Below, piece after piece: positions 19,525-29,563 of a stretch of 64,000 bases of DNA; positions within the stretch are counted from its first letter, which is position 1; the number at the start of each line of letters is the position of its first letter. The notes under the pieces were generated by a model. The model made no database searches, was not told the DNA's origin, and was given only the letters and a program-made list of their open reading frames with translations. The DNA comes from a virus. The DNA lies in the IMG/VR virus record IMGVR_UViG_3300024317_000004, positions 8,418-72,417 of that record; one strand, written 5' to 3'. The position numbers and the translations under genes are program-made.

Positions 19525-19899
19525 ATGGACTTTCAGCGTCTTGTTTCGACGACCAAAGTCGTCAACGCATCCACTCATTCCATTCGTGGACTCATCATCG
19601 GAAGCCCGAACGGACGGCATCAGATCAACGTCGAGCCGCTCGGCGTGCTTGAAGTGCCTGTCGAATGGACACAGAAAGGGCTGGACCATCGTGGCCAACC
19701 GAAGGTGAAGTCCACCCTCGATCAGTACGCGCCCTTCCTCGTGTCCGAGAAAGACCCTCGCGTCAAAGAGGCTCGGGACGTACTCGAGAAGGGGCAGTAC
19801 ACACCCGCGGGAGCTCGGGAGCCGATCAAGACCGCTGTCTACCCGCTTCCTCCTGCCCCACCCCAAGCGCCGGTCTATCTACAGCCCACGAATCAGTAA
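19525..19899 (+). CDS. hypothetical protein
   Basis: RBS GAGAGG; follows the capsid gene. Confidence 0.6.
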   Translation: MDFQRLVSTTKVVNASTHSIRGLIIGSPNGRHQINVEPLGVLEVPVEWTQKGLDHRGQPKVKSTLDQYAPFLVSEKDPRVKEARDVLEKGQYTPAGAREPIKTAVYPLPPAPPQAPVYLQPTNQ

Positions 19900-19902
19900 G
19901 CC

Positions 19903-20280
19903 ATGGCCTTTAGCGACCCAGACCAGGCGCGAATCTTCTCGCGAATGGGGAGAGCGCGTCGCTACCTCCAGATAGATTCTGCATTGGTCCACGCTATCAA
20001 CGCGGTCGGTGATGACGCAGAAGTCTCGGCACTCATCGTGTCCTATTTGGACCGCTGCGACGAGATCGATGAGAAGCTCGTTGATGCCGAAGACCGACAG
20101 GCCCTGATGAGTGCAGACCAAGGCGACGTTGTGTTCGCACAGTACCGAGAGCTGGCCGCGCTGCGTTCCCAAGGGCGCATGTACATAGGACGCATCGGTC
20201 GACTGCTTGGCGTCGAGCCGCTAGGCGACGGCTTCTCTGCGTCCATTGGCATCATCAACAACATGATCAAGTACGGCTAA
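19903..20280 (+). CDS. head-tail adaptor (putative)
   Basis: position and helical character. Confidence 0.5.
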   Translation: MAFSDPDQARIFSRMGRARRYLQIDSALVHAINAVGDDAEVSALIVSYLDRCDEIDEKLVDAEDRQALMSADQGDVVFAQYRELAALRSQGRMYIGRIGRLLGVEPLGDGFSASIGIINNMIKYG

Positions 20281-20308
20281 CGCGGCCCAGTGCCGTTGGA
20301 GATGAATT

Positions 20309-20830
20309 ATGGCTGGCGTTCAAGCACGAAGAGTCCACTCTGGCGACGTAACCGGCATGCAAGCCGCGATGGTCGCGAGCATCAACGAACTCATCAAGAC
20401 GCAGGTCGCCTCTTTGTTCCACTATGCGATGAGTGAGGACATCCTCACGTTCGCGGATCTATCGGGCACCGGTGCGGCGAATACGGCTCTGGCAGTCGCC
20501 GCGGCAAATGAGCTCATGGTGAAGTACTTGGCGCACATCGCTGACACCGTTGCTCATAAGGTTGCCGGAACGCCGCCGTCGTTGACCTTGGCGACGGACC
20601 TAACTTCAGCCTGCACGCTCGTTGAAGCCATTCGAACCGATTACACCTCTCATATCGGCTCAACCACGTACCATTCGGCAGCCGACTCCACGAACACGAT
20701 CGCGGCAGCCGCAGCTACGACCTTGTCGACGCTCCAGGGCGCACTGAACGAGCTCAAAAACACGACCGGTTTCAACCAGCACGTAGCCTCAGCTCCTGCT
20801 GCCGGCGCTTTGCATATCGTCCCGCTGTGA
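20309..20830 (+). CDS. hypothetical virion protein
   Basis: Ala-rich with internal His-containing repeats (YLAHIADTVAH / YTSHIGSTTYH). Confidence 0.55.
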   Translation: MAGVQARRVHSGDVTGMQAAMVASINELIKTQVASLFHYAMSEDILTFADLSGTGAANTALAVAAANELMVKYLAHIADTVAHKVAGTPPSLTLATDLTSACTLVEAIRTDYTSHIGSTTYHSAADSTNTIAAAAATTLSTLQGALNELKNTTGFNQHVASAPAAGALHIVPL

Positions 20831-20840
20831 TCCACCTACG

Positions 20841-21569
20841 ATGACCCAAACGCTTCGCGACAAGGTCTTGCCGCCGATCAACCAGGCGCGCGGGATCATG
20901 GGGCGTCTGGGCTTCCGCCCGTATACCTTCGCCGTCATTCGCCGCGTCTGGTCCGGCCGCTCGGTTGGCACTGGATCCGCCCAGGACACACGCCTCGCGA
21001 TTGCGCCGGACTACAAGATCCGGCTGGTGTCATTGCAAGAGGTTACCTCGGACGCAGGTACGCTCCGTGATGGTGACTGGCGCATTGGGCCCTTGACCCC
21101 AGCCGTCGCCGTCATCAAGGGCCACGTCAAGCAGATCGGCACCGGGACGGGCACCGTAGCGGTCAGCCAGAGCGTGCTGCCCACTGGCGTGACGCAAGGC
21201 AAGTGGCGGCTCGTGGTGGAGATCACGACGTCGGGCCCCGTGGGCACCGGAGCCTTCCGCTACAGCGCCGATGGCGGCACGACGTTCTCGACGCCAGCGG
21301 CCATTGCAGCGACCTTCCAGATTGCCAGCATCGGTGTCCTGCTGACCTTCAGTGGCACGTTTGTGCTTGGTGACACCTACTCGGTCAAGGGTGTCAGCGT
21401 GGGCTACACGCCTCAGCAACTGCGCCCCTCGACGGTCTTAGATAACATCCAGACCTTCTACGAACTCGTCGGACCCGAAGGCACCCTGCTCTGCACGCTG
21501 GTACGGTACGACACGGATAGGGCATTGCGGAACACGCTGTACGTACGGCGCACCAGACTCACACCGTGA
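20841..21569 (+). CDS. head closure-type protein with an inserted beta domain (putative)
   Basis: position in the neck module; central GAFRYSADGGTTFS...FVLGDTYS segment. Confidence 0.45.
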   Translation: MTQTLRDKVLPPINQARGIMGRLGFRPYTFAVIRRVWSGRSVGTGSAQDTRLAIAPDYKIRLVSLQEVTSDAGTLRDGDWRIGPLTPAVAVIKGHVKQIGTGTGTVAVSQSVLPTGVTQGKWRLVVEITTSGPVGTGAFRYSADGGTTFSTPAAIAATFQIASIGVLLTFSGTFVLGDTYSVKGVSVGYTPQQLRPSTVLDNIQTFYELVGPEGTLLCTLVRYDTDRALRNTLYVRRTRLTP

Positions 21570-22096
21570 CCGTCCACAACGTAACCGCCGCCGAGTTGCC
21601 AGCGCTCTTCAGGCGGCTGGAGATGGAGCGGCTCGAGCGGGTGCAGAATTCGTTCTTCGAAGCAGCACAAGCCGGCGTGGCGGTGATCGCTCGCGCTGCG
21701 CCAACGGATATGGGTGAGCTGCGCCGCAGCGTCCACGCCACTCGTGTCAGTCAGGGCGAGAGCCGTGTCGTTATCGATGCCCCTCATGCTGGAATCGTCG
21801 AGGCAGGCAGCAGGCCGCACACGCCGCCATTGGCACCGCTCATCGCTTGGGTACGACGGCATCGCATGGTCTTCGCGAAGTCCATCAAGAACCGGGTGAT
21901 GCTGCGTAAGCAGATCAACAAAAACCTCGCTCTATCTGGCAGACACCTCAAAGCCGCCGCGCAGGCTCGTTGGGGCCGAAAGAAACCGGCGTTTGGCCTG
22001 GGCAGGCACGAGATCTTCGACGCTCACATTGGCAGAGCGCAGCAGTTGCGGGCTTATACAAAGTCCCTGCGTCGTCAGTACCGCTGGCGTTACTAA
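21566..22096 (+). CDS. HK97 gp10-like tail component, N-terminal part
   Basis: APTDMGELRRSV...APHAGIVEAGSRPHTPPLAPLIAWV. Confidence 0.7.
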   Translation: MTVHNVTAAELPALFRRLEMERLERVQNSFFEAAQAGVAVIARAAPTDMGELRRSVHATRVSQGESRVVIDAPHAGIVEAGSRPHTPPLAPLIAWVRRHRMVFAKSIKNRVMLRKQINKNLALSGRHLKAAAQARWGRKKPAFGLGRHEIFDAHIGRAQQLRAYTKSLRRQYRWRY

Positions 22097-22257
22097 TGTC
22101 CAAGCTGGCAGACCAGGAGATCGAGCGTATCGCGCGCATGATCCAGGCCAAGATCGCCAAGTACGGCACACGCCCTCGTTGGTTCGTGCGCAGCTCGTTG
22201 CCTCGGTTACGCAAGATCCTAGGCGCCCAAGTCAAGAGGGCGATTCGGGACCCTTAG
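22096..22257 (+). CDS. HK97 gp10-like tail component, C-terminal part (-1 frame)
   Basis: IARMIQAKIAKYGTRPRWFVR looks like the usual C-terminus of the preceding family. Confidence 0.55.
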   Translation: MSKLADQEIERIARMIQAKIAKYGTRPRWFVRSSLPRLRKILGAQVKRAIRDP

Positions 22258-22260
22258 CAC

Positions 22261-22896
22261 GTGCCAACAGATTACGTCGAAGCCGCCCGCTCCGAGCTGG
22301 CCACATGGCTCACGGGGCAGCTCCATGACGCCGGCTTCGTGGGCATAAACGTTCTGGACCAGTGGCCTGCGCCGAGTCGAAAGCTGGAGTTGCCAGTCAT
22401 CGCAGTGCTCGCCGTCGGCGAGATGGACCGTGACCCCCACAGCCCGATGCTTCACAGCGTCACGGAGCTAACGGGCGTCCAGGGCCTGGTGACCTACAGC
22501 TACGGGCGCATCACGCTAGGCTTTCAGTTGGACGTCTGGGGCAGCACGCCGCGAGAGCGATCTGCGCTCACGAAAGCCGTCAGCGACGCCACGAACGTCA
22601 ACCCGATCTACTCGCTCAACTTGACCAACGCACTTCCAGACTACCGACGTGCGCCAGGCTTGGTACTGCGGCTGAACGACTTCTACGGCGTGCTCTGCTC
22701 GTACCGCTTCGAGCAAGAGGCCGTGCCCGAGGAAGACAGCGACTCCGCGCAAACGATGGAGTTCAGAGCGATGTTTTCCGGGGAATCGCTGCTGCATGCA
22801 GCCAACGTTGAGCAAGTGGCGCTATTGAAGCGCATTCACCTAAGCCGGTTCGTCAACGGCGGCACGACGCCCGACGAAACCGTGATCACCGGCTAA
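22261..22896 (+). CDS. tail terminator-like protein
   Basis: FQLDVWGSTPRER; directly before the sheath gene. Confidence 0.55.
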   Translation: MPTDYVEAARSELATWLTGQLHDAGFVGINVLDQWPAPSRKLELPVIAVLAVGEMDRDPHSPMLHSVTELTGVQGLVTYSYGRITLGFQLDVWGSTPRERSALTKAVSDATNVNPIYSLNLTNALPDYRRAPGLVLRLNDFYGVLCSYRFEQEAVPEEDSDSAQTMEFRAMFSGESLLHAANVEQVALLKRIHLSRFVNGGTTPDETVITG

Positions 22897-22959
22897 TCGC
22901 CTTCGTACTCGCAACCGATTGTTGTCGTTTCGGCTCAGGCCGCAGCGAAAGGCACCGTA

Positions 22960-24474
22960 ATGTCTCTACCGCTTTTCATCGATAGCGTCTCATCGACCTC
23001 GCCCGGCAGCCCCGGTGTCTTCGGAGTCGAGATTCCGGTCCCCAGCAAGATCGACGAGGTTAGCAGCGGATACATTGGCTACGTTGCAGCCTTCGCGTGG
23101 GGGCCTGTTCAGCAAGTCGTAACGCCAACGTCTTCGCAGAACTTCTTCGATATTTTCGAGCCTGCAGGGTCGCCGCGTAGCAGCACGGGCTATCTCGGGA
23201 TCAAGGGACGCCGCGGCTTCACCTGCAAGATCATCCGCGCTCTAGCGAGTGATGCTGTTGCAGCGACCGGTACCATGACGGGGACTGGCGGCAATACCGT
23301 TGCGACTGCGAAGTACAAGGGCACGCTTGGCAACAGCATCACGATTACGCAAGCGGCTGCGACCTCGGGGTCATCGACCAAGCGCAAGTACACCATCACG
23401 CTGACCAACTCGGTGACCGGAACGACGACCGAGGTTTACGATGAGGTCGTCCTACCTACCGGCACCACGGTCACGGTGGACGTCACCGGCAGTAAGCTAC
23501 TCGCCTCGCTGACCCTCGCGAGCTCGATGACCGCGTTCCCGACGAACGCGACCGTGAGCTTCACGAGCGGCAGCAACGGCAGCGCGCTGGCGGCCTCGGA
23601 CTACACCGGGACAGCGGGCGCGAATGACAAAGGCGTGGCCCTGTTCGAGGCCGACACCGACATCCGCGCCATCTGCCACGACGACTGCGGCAACTCGCTC
23701 CGAGCGGCCGTCAACCTCGCGTTTGCAACGCAGTGTACGACCGATCGTGACCGACGCGCGTTCCTCGATGGCAACCCGGACGCTGCCGACTTCTCGACCG
23801 TCCAGGGATACGTGGTGAGCGGACTCACGACCGACCGAGTCACGTTCTTCGGGGCGTGGGTGACCATCCTCGACGATGCGGGTACCACGCAGACGGTGCC
23901 GTTCAGCACGTTCGTCGCAAGCGCGTTTTTGAACCTCGAACCGCAGCAGTCCTACTCGTGGCACGATGATCGTGCGCTCAAGTACTACGACGCCATCACG
24001 GGCGTGGTGGCCAACTTCGCCTGGCAAGCGAGCGCTGTGACGGACCTGGCCACCAGGAAAGGCACCACGTCCATCTGCCTGCCCGCCAAGACCGCGAAGG
24101 GTAAGTTCGTGGCGCTGCATGACCGGTCGACGGATAAGTCGTTCTCGGTCACGCGCAAGATCAAGGACTTCTTCGGGCTGTCGATCCAGCCGGCCATGGA
24201 CCCGTTCGTCAACGGGCCGAACCTCGCGAGCGAGAACCTGTCCCTGAAGGCGATGGCCGACAACTTCTTCCAGGACCAGGAGCGCAAGGGGCGCATTCAG
24301 TCGCCCGTCAATGGTGTGCGCCAGTGGAACACGAGCGTGGCCGCGAACGATACGAACGCGCTCGGTGCGGGTGACTTCTTCCTCGACGTCACGGCGATTA
24401 CGCCTGCGCCTCGTGAGCGAATCTTCCTCCGGTACTCCGTTGGCTCAAGCGGCATCACGCTGATCCAGAGCTAG
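22960..24474 (+). CDS. tail sheath protein
   Basis: SPGVFGVEI, FAWGPV, ATAKYKGTLGNSI, C-terminal PAPRERIFL. Confidence 0.88.
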   Translation: MSLPLFIDSVSSTSPGSPGVFGVEIPVPSKIDEVSSGYIGYVAAFAWGPVQQVVTPTSSQNFFDIFEPAGSPRSSTGYLGIKGRRGFTCKIIRALASDAVAATGTMTGTGGNTVATAKYKGTLGNSITITQAAATSGSSTKRKYTITLTNSVTGTTTEVYDEVVLPTGTTVTVDVTGSKLLASLTLASSMTAFPTNATVSFTSGSNGSALAASDYTGTAGANDKGVALFEADTDIRAICHDDCGNSLRAAVNLAFATQCTTDRDRRAFLDGNPDAADFSTVQGYVVSGLTTDRVTFFGAWVTILDDAGTTQTVPFSTFVASAFLNLEPQQSYSWHDDRALKYYDAITGVVANFAWQASAVTDLATRKGTTSICLPAKTAKGKFVALHDRSTDKSFSVTRKIKDFFGLSIQPAMDPFVNGPNLASENLSLKAMADNFFQDQERKGRIQSPVNGVRQWNTSVAANDTNALGAGDFFLDVTAITPAPRERIFLRYSVGSSGITLIQS

Positions 24475-24520
24475 CCAGCCCCTCGCGTCTTTCAACTCAC
24501 TCACAACTTGGTGAACTTCG

Positions 24521-24961
24521 ATGGCTGACCCAGAGTTGCCGCTAAACGGTGAGAACACGCCAATTCGCGTGTACGTTAACAACCAACCGTTTGGGATATC
24601 CGACACGGTCGACAGTTGGAATATCAACGAGGACGCCGTGATCCACACTGACCAATATATCGGTCGGGATCGCGCGCGTTTCGACAAGCAAGTGAACGGC
24701 TATGACATGGCGCTGAGCGCAGATATGACCAACACAACGCTGTTGGCGGCCCTGCTGGCTCAAGATGCTGCTCGGGAAGCGAATCAGCCGATCCCCGAGA
24801 TCGCCATCGAAGTGCAAGCGAAGCAGCGCAACGGGCCGATCAAGGCGTTTGTGCTCAGCAAGGTCGTGGCCAAATGGAACATCAAGTCCGGAAGCCGTGT
24901 TGAGCGGGTGAAAAAGGGGCTCGACCTCAAAGGCGAGCGAATCATCCCGGTGGCGCTGTAA
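24521..24961 (+). CDS. tail tube protein
   Basis: 146 aa directly after the sheath gene. Confidence 0.7.
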   Translation: MADPELPLNGENTPIRVYVNNQPFGISDTVDSWNINEDAVIHTDQYIGRDRARFDKQVNGYDMALSADMTNTTLLAALLAQDAAREANQPIPEIAIEVQAKQRNGPIKAFVLSKVVAKWNIKSGSRVERVKKGLDLKGERIIPVAL

Positions 24962-25399
24962 ATGCCTCAGTTTTACGAGAAGATCCTGCCGTCTGGCATG
25001 GCGATCCGCGTACGCCCCTTGCGCACACGTGACAAGCTCGACATCGACCGAGACATCGCGGCGAAGGACGGCGATCAGATCGCTACCATGGTTGCCACGA
25101 TGGCCCGATGCCTTGTGGCTCACGCCCCACCACAGTCGTGGCAATTCAAGAACGACGACGAGGGCAAGCCAACCGAGGCGCCAGACACCGACGCCATGCT
25201 ACGGGACATTCCGCCTAACGCATGGGTTCAGGATAGCCCACTGAGCCTGATTGCTGAGGGCACGTCTGTGGTGGACGTTCTTGCGCACCTGCCTGACTTC
25301 GATTGCGCATACGACACGATCAACCAAGCAAGCGGTTTTGGTGACGTCAAAGCCCCTTTAGTCAAAGCGGCGCCGGCAAGAAAAGTGACGATCGCGTAG
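24962..25399 (+). CDS. tail assembly chaperone (with -1 frameshift extension to 25584)
   Basis: between tube and tape measure; slippery C CCT TTA at 25354-25360; -1 frame open to TAA 25584. Confidence 0.75.
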   Translation: MPQFYEKILPSGMAIRVRPLRTRDKLDIDRDIAAKDGDQIATMVATMARCLVAHAPPQSWQFKNDDEGKPTEAPDTDAMLRDIPPNAWVQDSPLSLIAEGTSVVDVLAHLPDFDCAYDTINQASGFGDVKAPLVKAAPARKVTIA

Positions 25400-25587
25400 A
25401 GGACCTGCCGCAGATGCCGGAAGGGCTCTGGACGCTCGCGTGCGCCGCTCGGTACGGCAGGCAAGCGGTATGGGGCGAGTCGGGGCTACTGGAAGCGCCG
25501 TGGGCAGAGGTTCGCGACTTCGTTGACGCCGTGATGGCGATTGCGTCGATGGAGACCAGGATACCCGGACAAGAAGACGACTAAGCC

Positions 25588-27336
25588 GTGGCAGACACAC
25601 AGTACAACGTCCTCGTAAATTACGTTACGAAGACGGGGCAGGCTAAGTCGGAGGTCGACTCCATCTCGAAGTCGTTCACTGGCCTGTCCGACATGGCCGG
25701 TGGCATTGCCAGACGCATCGATGGCGCTTTCATGTCGATTGCGCGTATGGGCGTCGCTGCGGTCACGGCAGCGGGGGCAGCAGGCATCGGCGCGCTGGTC
25801 TACGGCGTCACTAGGCTCAATGCGGAGGCCGAATCGGCCACCATCTCGATCGCTGGGATGATTCAGGCGGGCCACGGGGCAGAGACCTTCTCTCAGGCGA
25901 TGAGCATGAGCCAATCGGTCATTGCAGCCATGCGTCGCGATGCAGCCGCGCTGCCAGGCGAATTCGAAGATCTCCAGCGCGTGTTCCAGGGCTCGCTGTC
26001 AGGTGGCTTGAACGCAGGCAAGAGCGTCGAGCAGATTGAGCAGTTCTCTGGCCGCATGATGGCCGTGAGTCAGATGCTCAACGTCGACAGCCAGACGGCC
26101 GGCAGAGAGCTGGCCATGATGCTCGACGGCAGAGCGGGAGCACACGTTGTCCTGTTCTCTCGCCTTCGGGCACAGATCGGGATGACGGCCCGCGAGTTCA
26201 ATGAAGCCACGCCGCAAGAGCGCTTCCGGAGGTTAAGCCAAGCACTCAACGGGTTCGATCCAGCAATACGAGCGTTTGGCAATTCGTGGTCGGCTATCTC
26301 GTCGACGACGATGGACATTCTCAAGAACACGCTCCGCATCGCGTCCGGGCCCCTGTTCACCCGCGTCAAGAACGAGCTGAACGAGATCAACAACTACCTA
26401 CAGTCCCACCAAGAACGCCTCAACGAGATCGTCACGAACGTCGGACAACGCCTCGCAGGCGCATTCGACGCAGTCAAAGAAAAGACCCTGTTCATCAAGG
26501 ACCACTTCGGCGAGATCGTTGGCCAGGCCCGCGAGATGGGCGAGCGCTTCGGTGGCGCTGCGCTGGTTGGCCGCGGCGCGCTTGGGCTCATTGCAAACCG
26601 TGGTGTGGCAGGTGCCGTAGGTGGTGCGCTGGGTGGCGGGGCCGGCGTTGGCGGCATCGCGATCGCGGCGCTCATGACGCCGCTTGTCGTAGCGGTCGCC
26701 GATGGATCCGTATCGCTACGAAGGTTCAAAGCAGACGTCGACTCTCTACTCACGCCGCTGGAGAATAGCCTCAAGCAGCTAACCACCGCATTGGAGCCGC
26801 TGATCTCAAAAGCCGGGCAGTTGCAATTCAGCTGGTTTGAGAGGCTGGTCGATAACGCCAAGAAAGTCGCAGACGCATTCGGTCTCGTGACGTCTGCGTT
26901 GACCTACGCGAAGGATCATATCCCCGAAGGCATGACCCATTACATGGACACGTTCTGGGAAGAGTTCAGGCACGGGATGGGGATGGCCATCCAAAGCCTG
27001 ATCTACCTAATCCCGGGCATTGGTCAGGTCATCGGAGCGGTCGATTTGTATAGGTCATGGCGAGCTGGGCGCAATGGGATGAGCGGCCGAATGATGGCCG
27101 ACGAGCCAGATGAGCGAGTCGATGCCATCGCGCCGTTTGTGCAGCATGCGTTGGCACGCAACGAACGTAGACAGCAGCAGGTTCCCCCTCGGGGGAACCT
27201 AAACGTTAACGTTCGCATTGAGCAGACTGTGAACGACGCGTCGGATCCGCAAAGGCTATACCTTGTGACGAACCGTGCGATTTGGGACGCTGTGTATCGG
27301 CCGACCGAGATGCCGAAGAATCAAGTCATGCGATGA
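25588..27336 (+). CDS. tape measure protein
   Basis: Ala/Gly-rich helical; AAALPGEFEDL...GRELAMMLDGRAG. Confidence 0.8.
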   Translation: MADTQYNVLVNYVTKTGQAKSEVDSISKSFTGLSDMAGGIARRIDGAFMSIARMGVAAVTAAGAAGIGALVYGVTRLNAEAESATISIAGMIQAGHGAETFSQAMSMSQSVIAAMRRDAAALPGEFEDLQRVFQGSLSGGLNAGKSVEQIEQFSGRMMAVSQMLNVDSQTAGRELAMMLDGRAGAHVVLFSRLRAQIGMTAREFNEATPQERFRRLSQALNGFDPAIRAFGNSWSAISSTTMDILKNTLRIASGPLFTRVKNELNEINNYLQSHQERLNEIVTNVGQRLAGAFDAVKEKTLFIKDHFGEIVGQAREMGERFGGAALVGRGALGLIANRGVAGAVGGALGGGAGVGGIAIAALMTPLVVAVADGSVSLRRFKADVDSLLTPLENSLKQLTTALEPLISKAGQLQFSWFERLVDNAKKVADAFGLVTSALTYAKDHIPEGMTHYMDTFWEEFRHGMGMAIQSLIYLIPGIGQVIGAVDLYRSWRAGRNGMSGRMMADEPDERVDAIAPFVQHALARNERRQQQVPPRGNLNVNVRIEQTVNDASDPQRLYLVTNRAIWDAVYRPTEMPKNQVMR

Positions 27337-28925
27337 CCGTAGATTCGTCGTTTCTTGGTTCTCGTGGCCAAGGCGATGCTAGGCCTCCGCGTGTCGACTA
27401 TCCGCGCGCCTTCGTTGATATCGCTGTAGCGCTTGTCACGAGACCTCCGGTGCCCCTGCCGGACGAAGAGCAACGCGTTATTCGTGTCAACGCGCAAGGC
27501 GAGAAGTCAGCAGCGACCGAGCTGACCATTCCAGAGCGTACGGATCAAGTACACACCGGCATCGTGCCTACGCGTGCAACGTATACGCGACGAACGTTCA
27601 AACAAGCCGGAGAATGCGACGTAACGGTGCACGGCAGCGTGCTTCCGTTCAACCCGTTGGTTGTGATGGGAGCCTTTCTCCGATTGTACGTCGGCGTAGT
27701 GGATAAGGTTGACGCGGAGTCAGAAGATGCCGAGTCCCAGATCAGGCAGCAGGGCAATCTTCGATTCGTCGGCTATGCGGACCAATTCGAAGACTCGATG
27801 GATGACAAAGGGCCGGCTGTCACGTTCAAATGTCGCGACCTTAGCGCGCTCTTCATGGATGCGCGACCGGTGCCCAAGAGCGTTGTCCCGCTATATTCCG
27901 ACACGCTCGGCGAAGCGCTGCAAAAGCTCGTTGACTATGTCTGCCAGCCGTTTGTCGACGCGGGCGAAGACGCGCCCATCACACTGCGTAAAATCGATTC
28001 GAGATTCGATGCCAAGCTCAGCAGCGCAGCGCATGCGAGATCGCAGACCGCGCCGATCCTCATCGACCCCAATGCGACTGTTTGGTCTGTTCTGACGCAT
28101 GCCTGCGGTCTGGTGTCGACGACGCCCTATGTCATTCTCGATGAGCTGGTAATCACCTCGGCGACGCAAGCCTATGGGACCGAGAGCGAGACCAAGTACA
28201 GCTTCATCTTTGGGTCCGAGAGTAGCAACCTTCTCAGTCTGAATCGCGTTCGCAAGTACTCCAGAAACAGGCGCGGAGTCAGGCTTGTCTCATATAGCCC
28301 AGCGCTGAGGCAGGTTATCGAGGCACAGTGGCCGCAGAAGGGGCAGGAGCCTGCCCATACGCGCCCCGTGACAGGCCTGGGCAACCGAGTACCGCCGCAC
28401 CAGCGGCACGACAGAAAGACCCAGTCTTCCACATCGTCTCATAGCCACAACACGGGCCGCCCGCGCTCTCGTACTGTCACTCAGCCCAAAGACGAGTACG
28501 AGCTGCTGGAATGCCCTCCGGGCATTCACGACAGAGACGCATTAGAGGCAGCCGCGAAAGCCGCATACCTCGAACGTTCATTGGGCGATCTTGAAGGCAG
28601 GCTAGAAACCATCGACCTCACGAACGACGTGCTTGACATCAAGCACTCGGATCGCGTGTCGATTATGGTCAATCCCTCACTCGAAGCAGAGCTGCTGAAC
28701 ACGACGAGCGATCGACGGGCCGCAAAGCTTCTCTCGACGCGTCTCGGTATGGACCTCGACACACTGTCGACGCTGGTCCAGGCCACACGGTTGTTTCCGT
28801 TGGCGCAATACTTCGTGCGGTCCAGCTCGGTGAGCTACTCATCGGAAGGCCGCTCCTCTGCCACGATGGAGTTCATCAAGCTTATTGATGCTCGCCCGGC
28901 GAGCCAAGGCGGCACAGGGCTGTGA
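27333..28925 (+). CDS. baseplate hub / late control D-like protein
   Basis: RFVGYAD...VTFKCRDLSALF; position. Confidence 0.7.
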   Translation: MTVDSSFLGSRGQGDARPPRVDYPRAFVDIAVALVTRPPVPLPDEEQRVIRVNAQGEKSAATELTIPERTDQVHTGIVPTRATYTRRTFKQAGECDVTVHGSVLPFNPLVVMGAFLRLYVGVVDKVDAESEDAESQIRQQGNLRFVGYADQFEDSMDDKGPAVTFKCRDLSALFMDARPVPKSVVPLYSDTLGEALQKLVDYVCQPFVDAGEDAPITLRKIDSRFDAKLSSAAHARSQTAPILIDPNATVWSVLTHACGLVSTTPYVILDELVITSATQAYGTESETKYSFIFGSESSNLLSLNRVRKYSRNRRGVRLVSYSPALRQVIEAQWPQKGQEPAHTRPVTGLGNRVPPHQRHDRKTQSSTSSHSHNTGRPRSRTVTQPKDEYELLECPPGIHDRDALEAAAKAAYLERSLGDLEGRLETIDLTNDVLDIKHSDRVSIMVNPSLEAELLNTTSDRRAAKLLSTRLGMDLDTLSTLVQATRLFPLAQYFVRSSSVSYSSEGRSSATMEFIKLIDARPASQGGTGL

Positions 28926-29563
28926 GGCTACCTGGCCACGTCGGGCATGCGATGCGCGAGATGTTCTCGGGCGCGACATTCCGCGCGCTGATGGACATCC
29001 GTGACGCAGGCGAGGCCTTTCTAGCGGAATTCGGCGCCGACCATTCAGAGGTCGACGATACTACCGGTGGCGCAGACATTCATTCACCGTACACCGACGA
29101 ATTGACTGGCCATGAAGGTACAGCACGCACCCATATCCCAGGCGGAATCCTGTTCTCCATCAAAGAGAAGGGCGACAAGTGCTTCGTGATTCACCCGCGG
29201 GGCTTGCGGGTCCCAGGCGCAGGCATCCTGCTGCATAGCTTGGGTGGCGTCGCGGATAGGGTGCCAGCGTGGCTCGGGCAGAAGGTTGGACTGTTCGTCA
29301 AAAAGTACGTTCTGCGGCTCGAATCGAAAGACGAAGCCGTCGAGATCCAAGCCGGTAGCGGAAAAGACATCGTGCTCAACGCCGGCACGGCAAAGGTTGG
29401 ACGGGTGGGCGATACCGTTGACTGCGGCACGCTCTATCTCACGATCGTAAGTGGCGCGGTATCGGCGATCACACACGTTCCGCCGGGCGGCGCGCCGGCA
29501 CCTGGTACGCCCGTCCCGCTGAGTGGCAAGATTGCCGCTGGCGCGAACAACGTGAAGGCTTAG
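28922..29563 (+). CDS. baseplate spike (gpV-like)
   Basis: VGRVGDTV...SGKIAAGANNVKA C-terminus. Confidence 0.65.
   Translation: MRLPGHVGHAMREMFSGATFRALMDIRDAGEAFLAEFGADHSEVDDTTGGADIHSPYTDELTGHEGTARTHIPGGILFSIKEKGDKCFVIHPRGLRVPGAGILLHSLGGVADRVPAWLGQKVGLFVKKYVLRLESKDEAVEIQAGSGKDIVLNAGTAKVGRVGDTVDCGTLYLTIVSGAVSAITHVPPGGAPAPGTPVPLSGKIAAGANNVKA

Noticed and set aside
23614-23631. Gapped match of unit 3 dinucleotides (GC GG GC AA GA AA) to sheath codons AGANDK
   Set aside because: Only 12 informative bases with mismatched flanks; expected by chance in a window this size.
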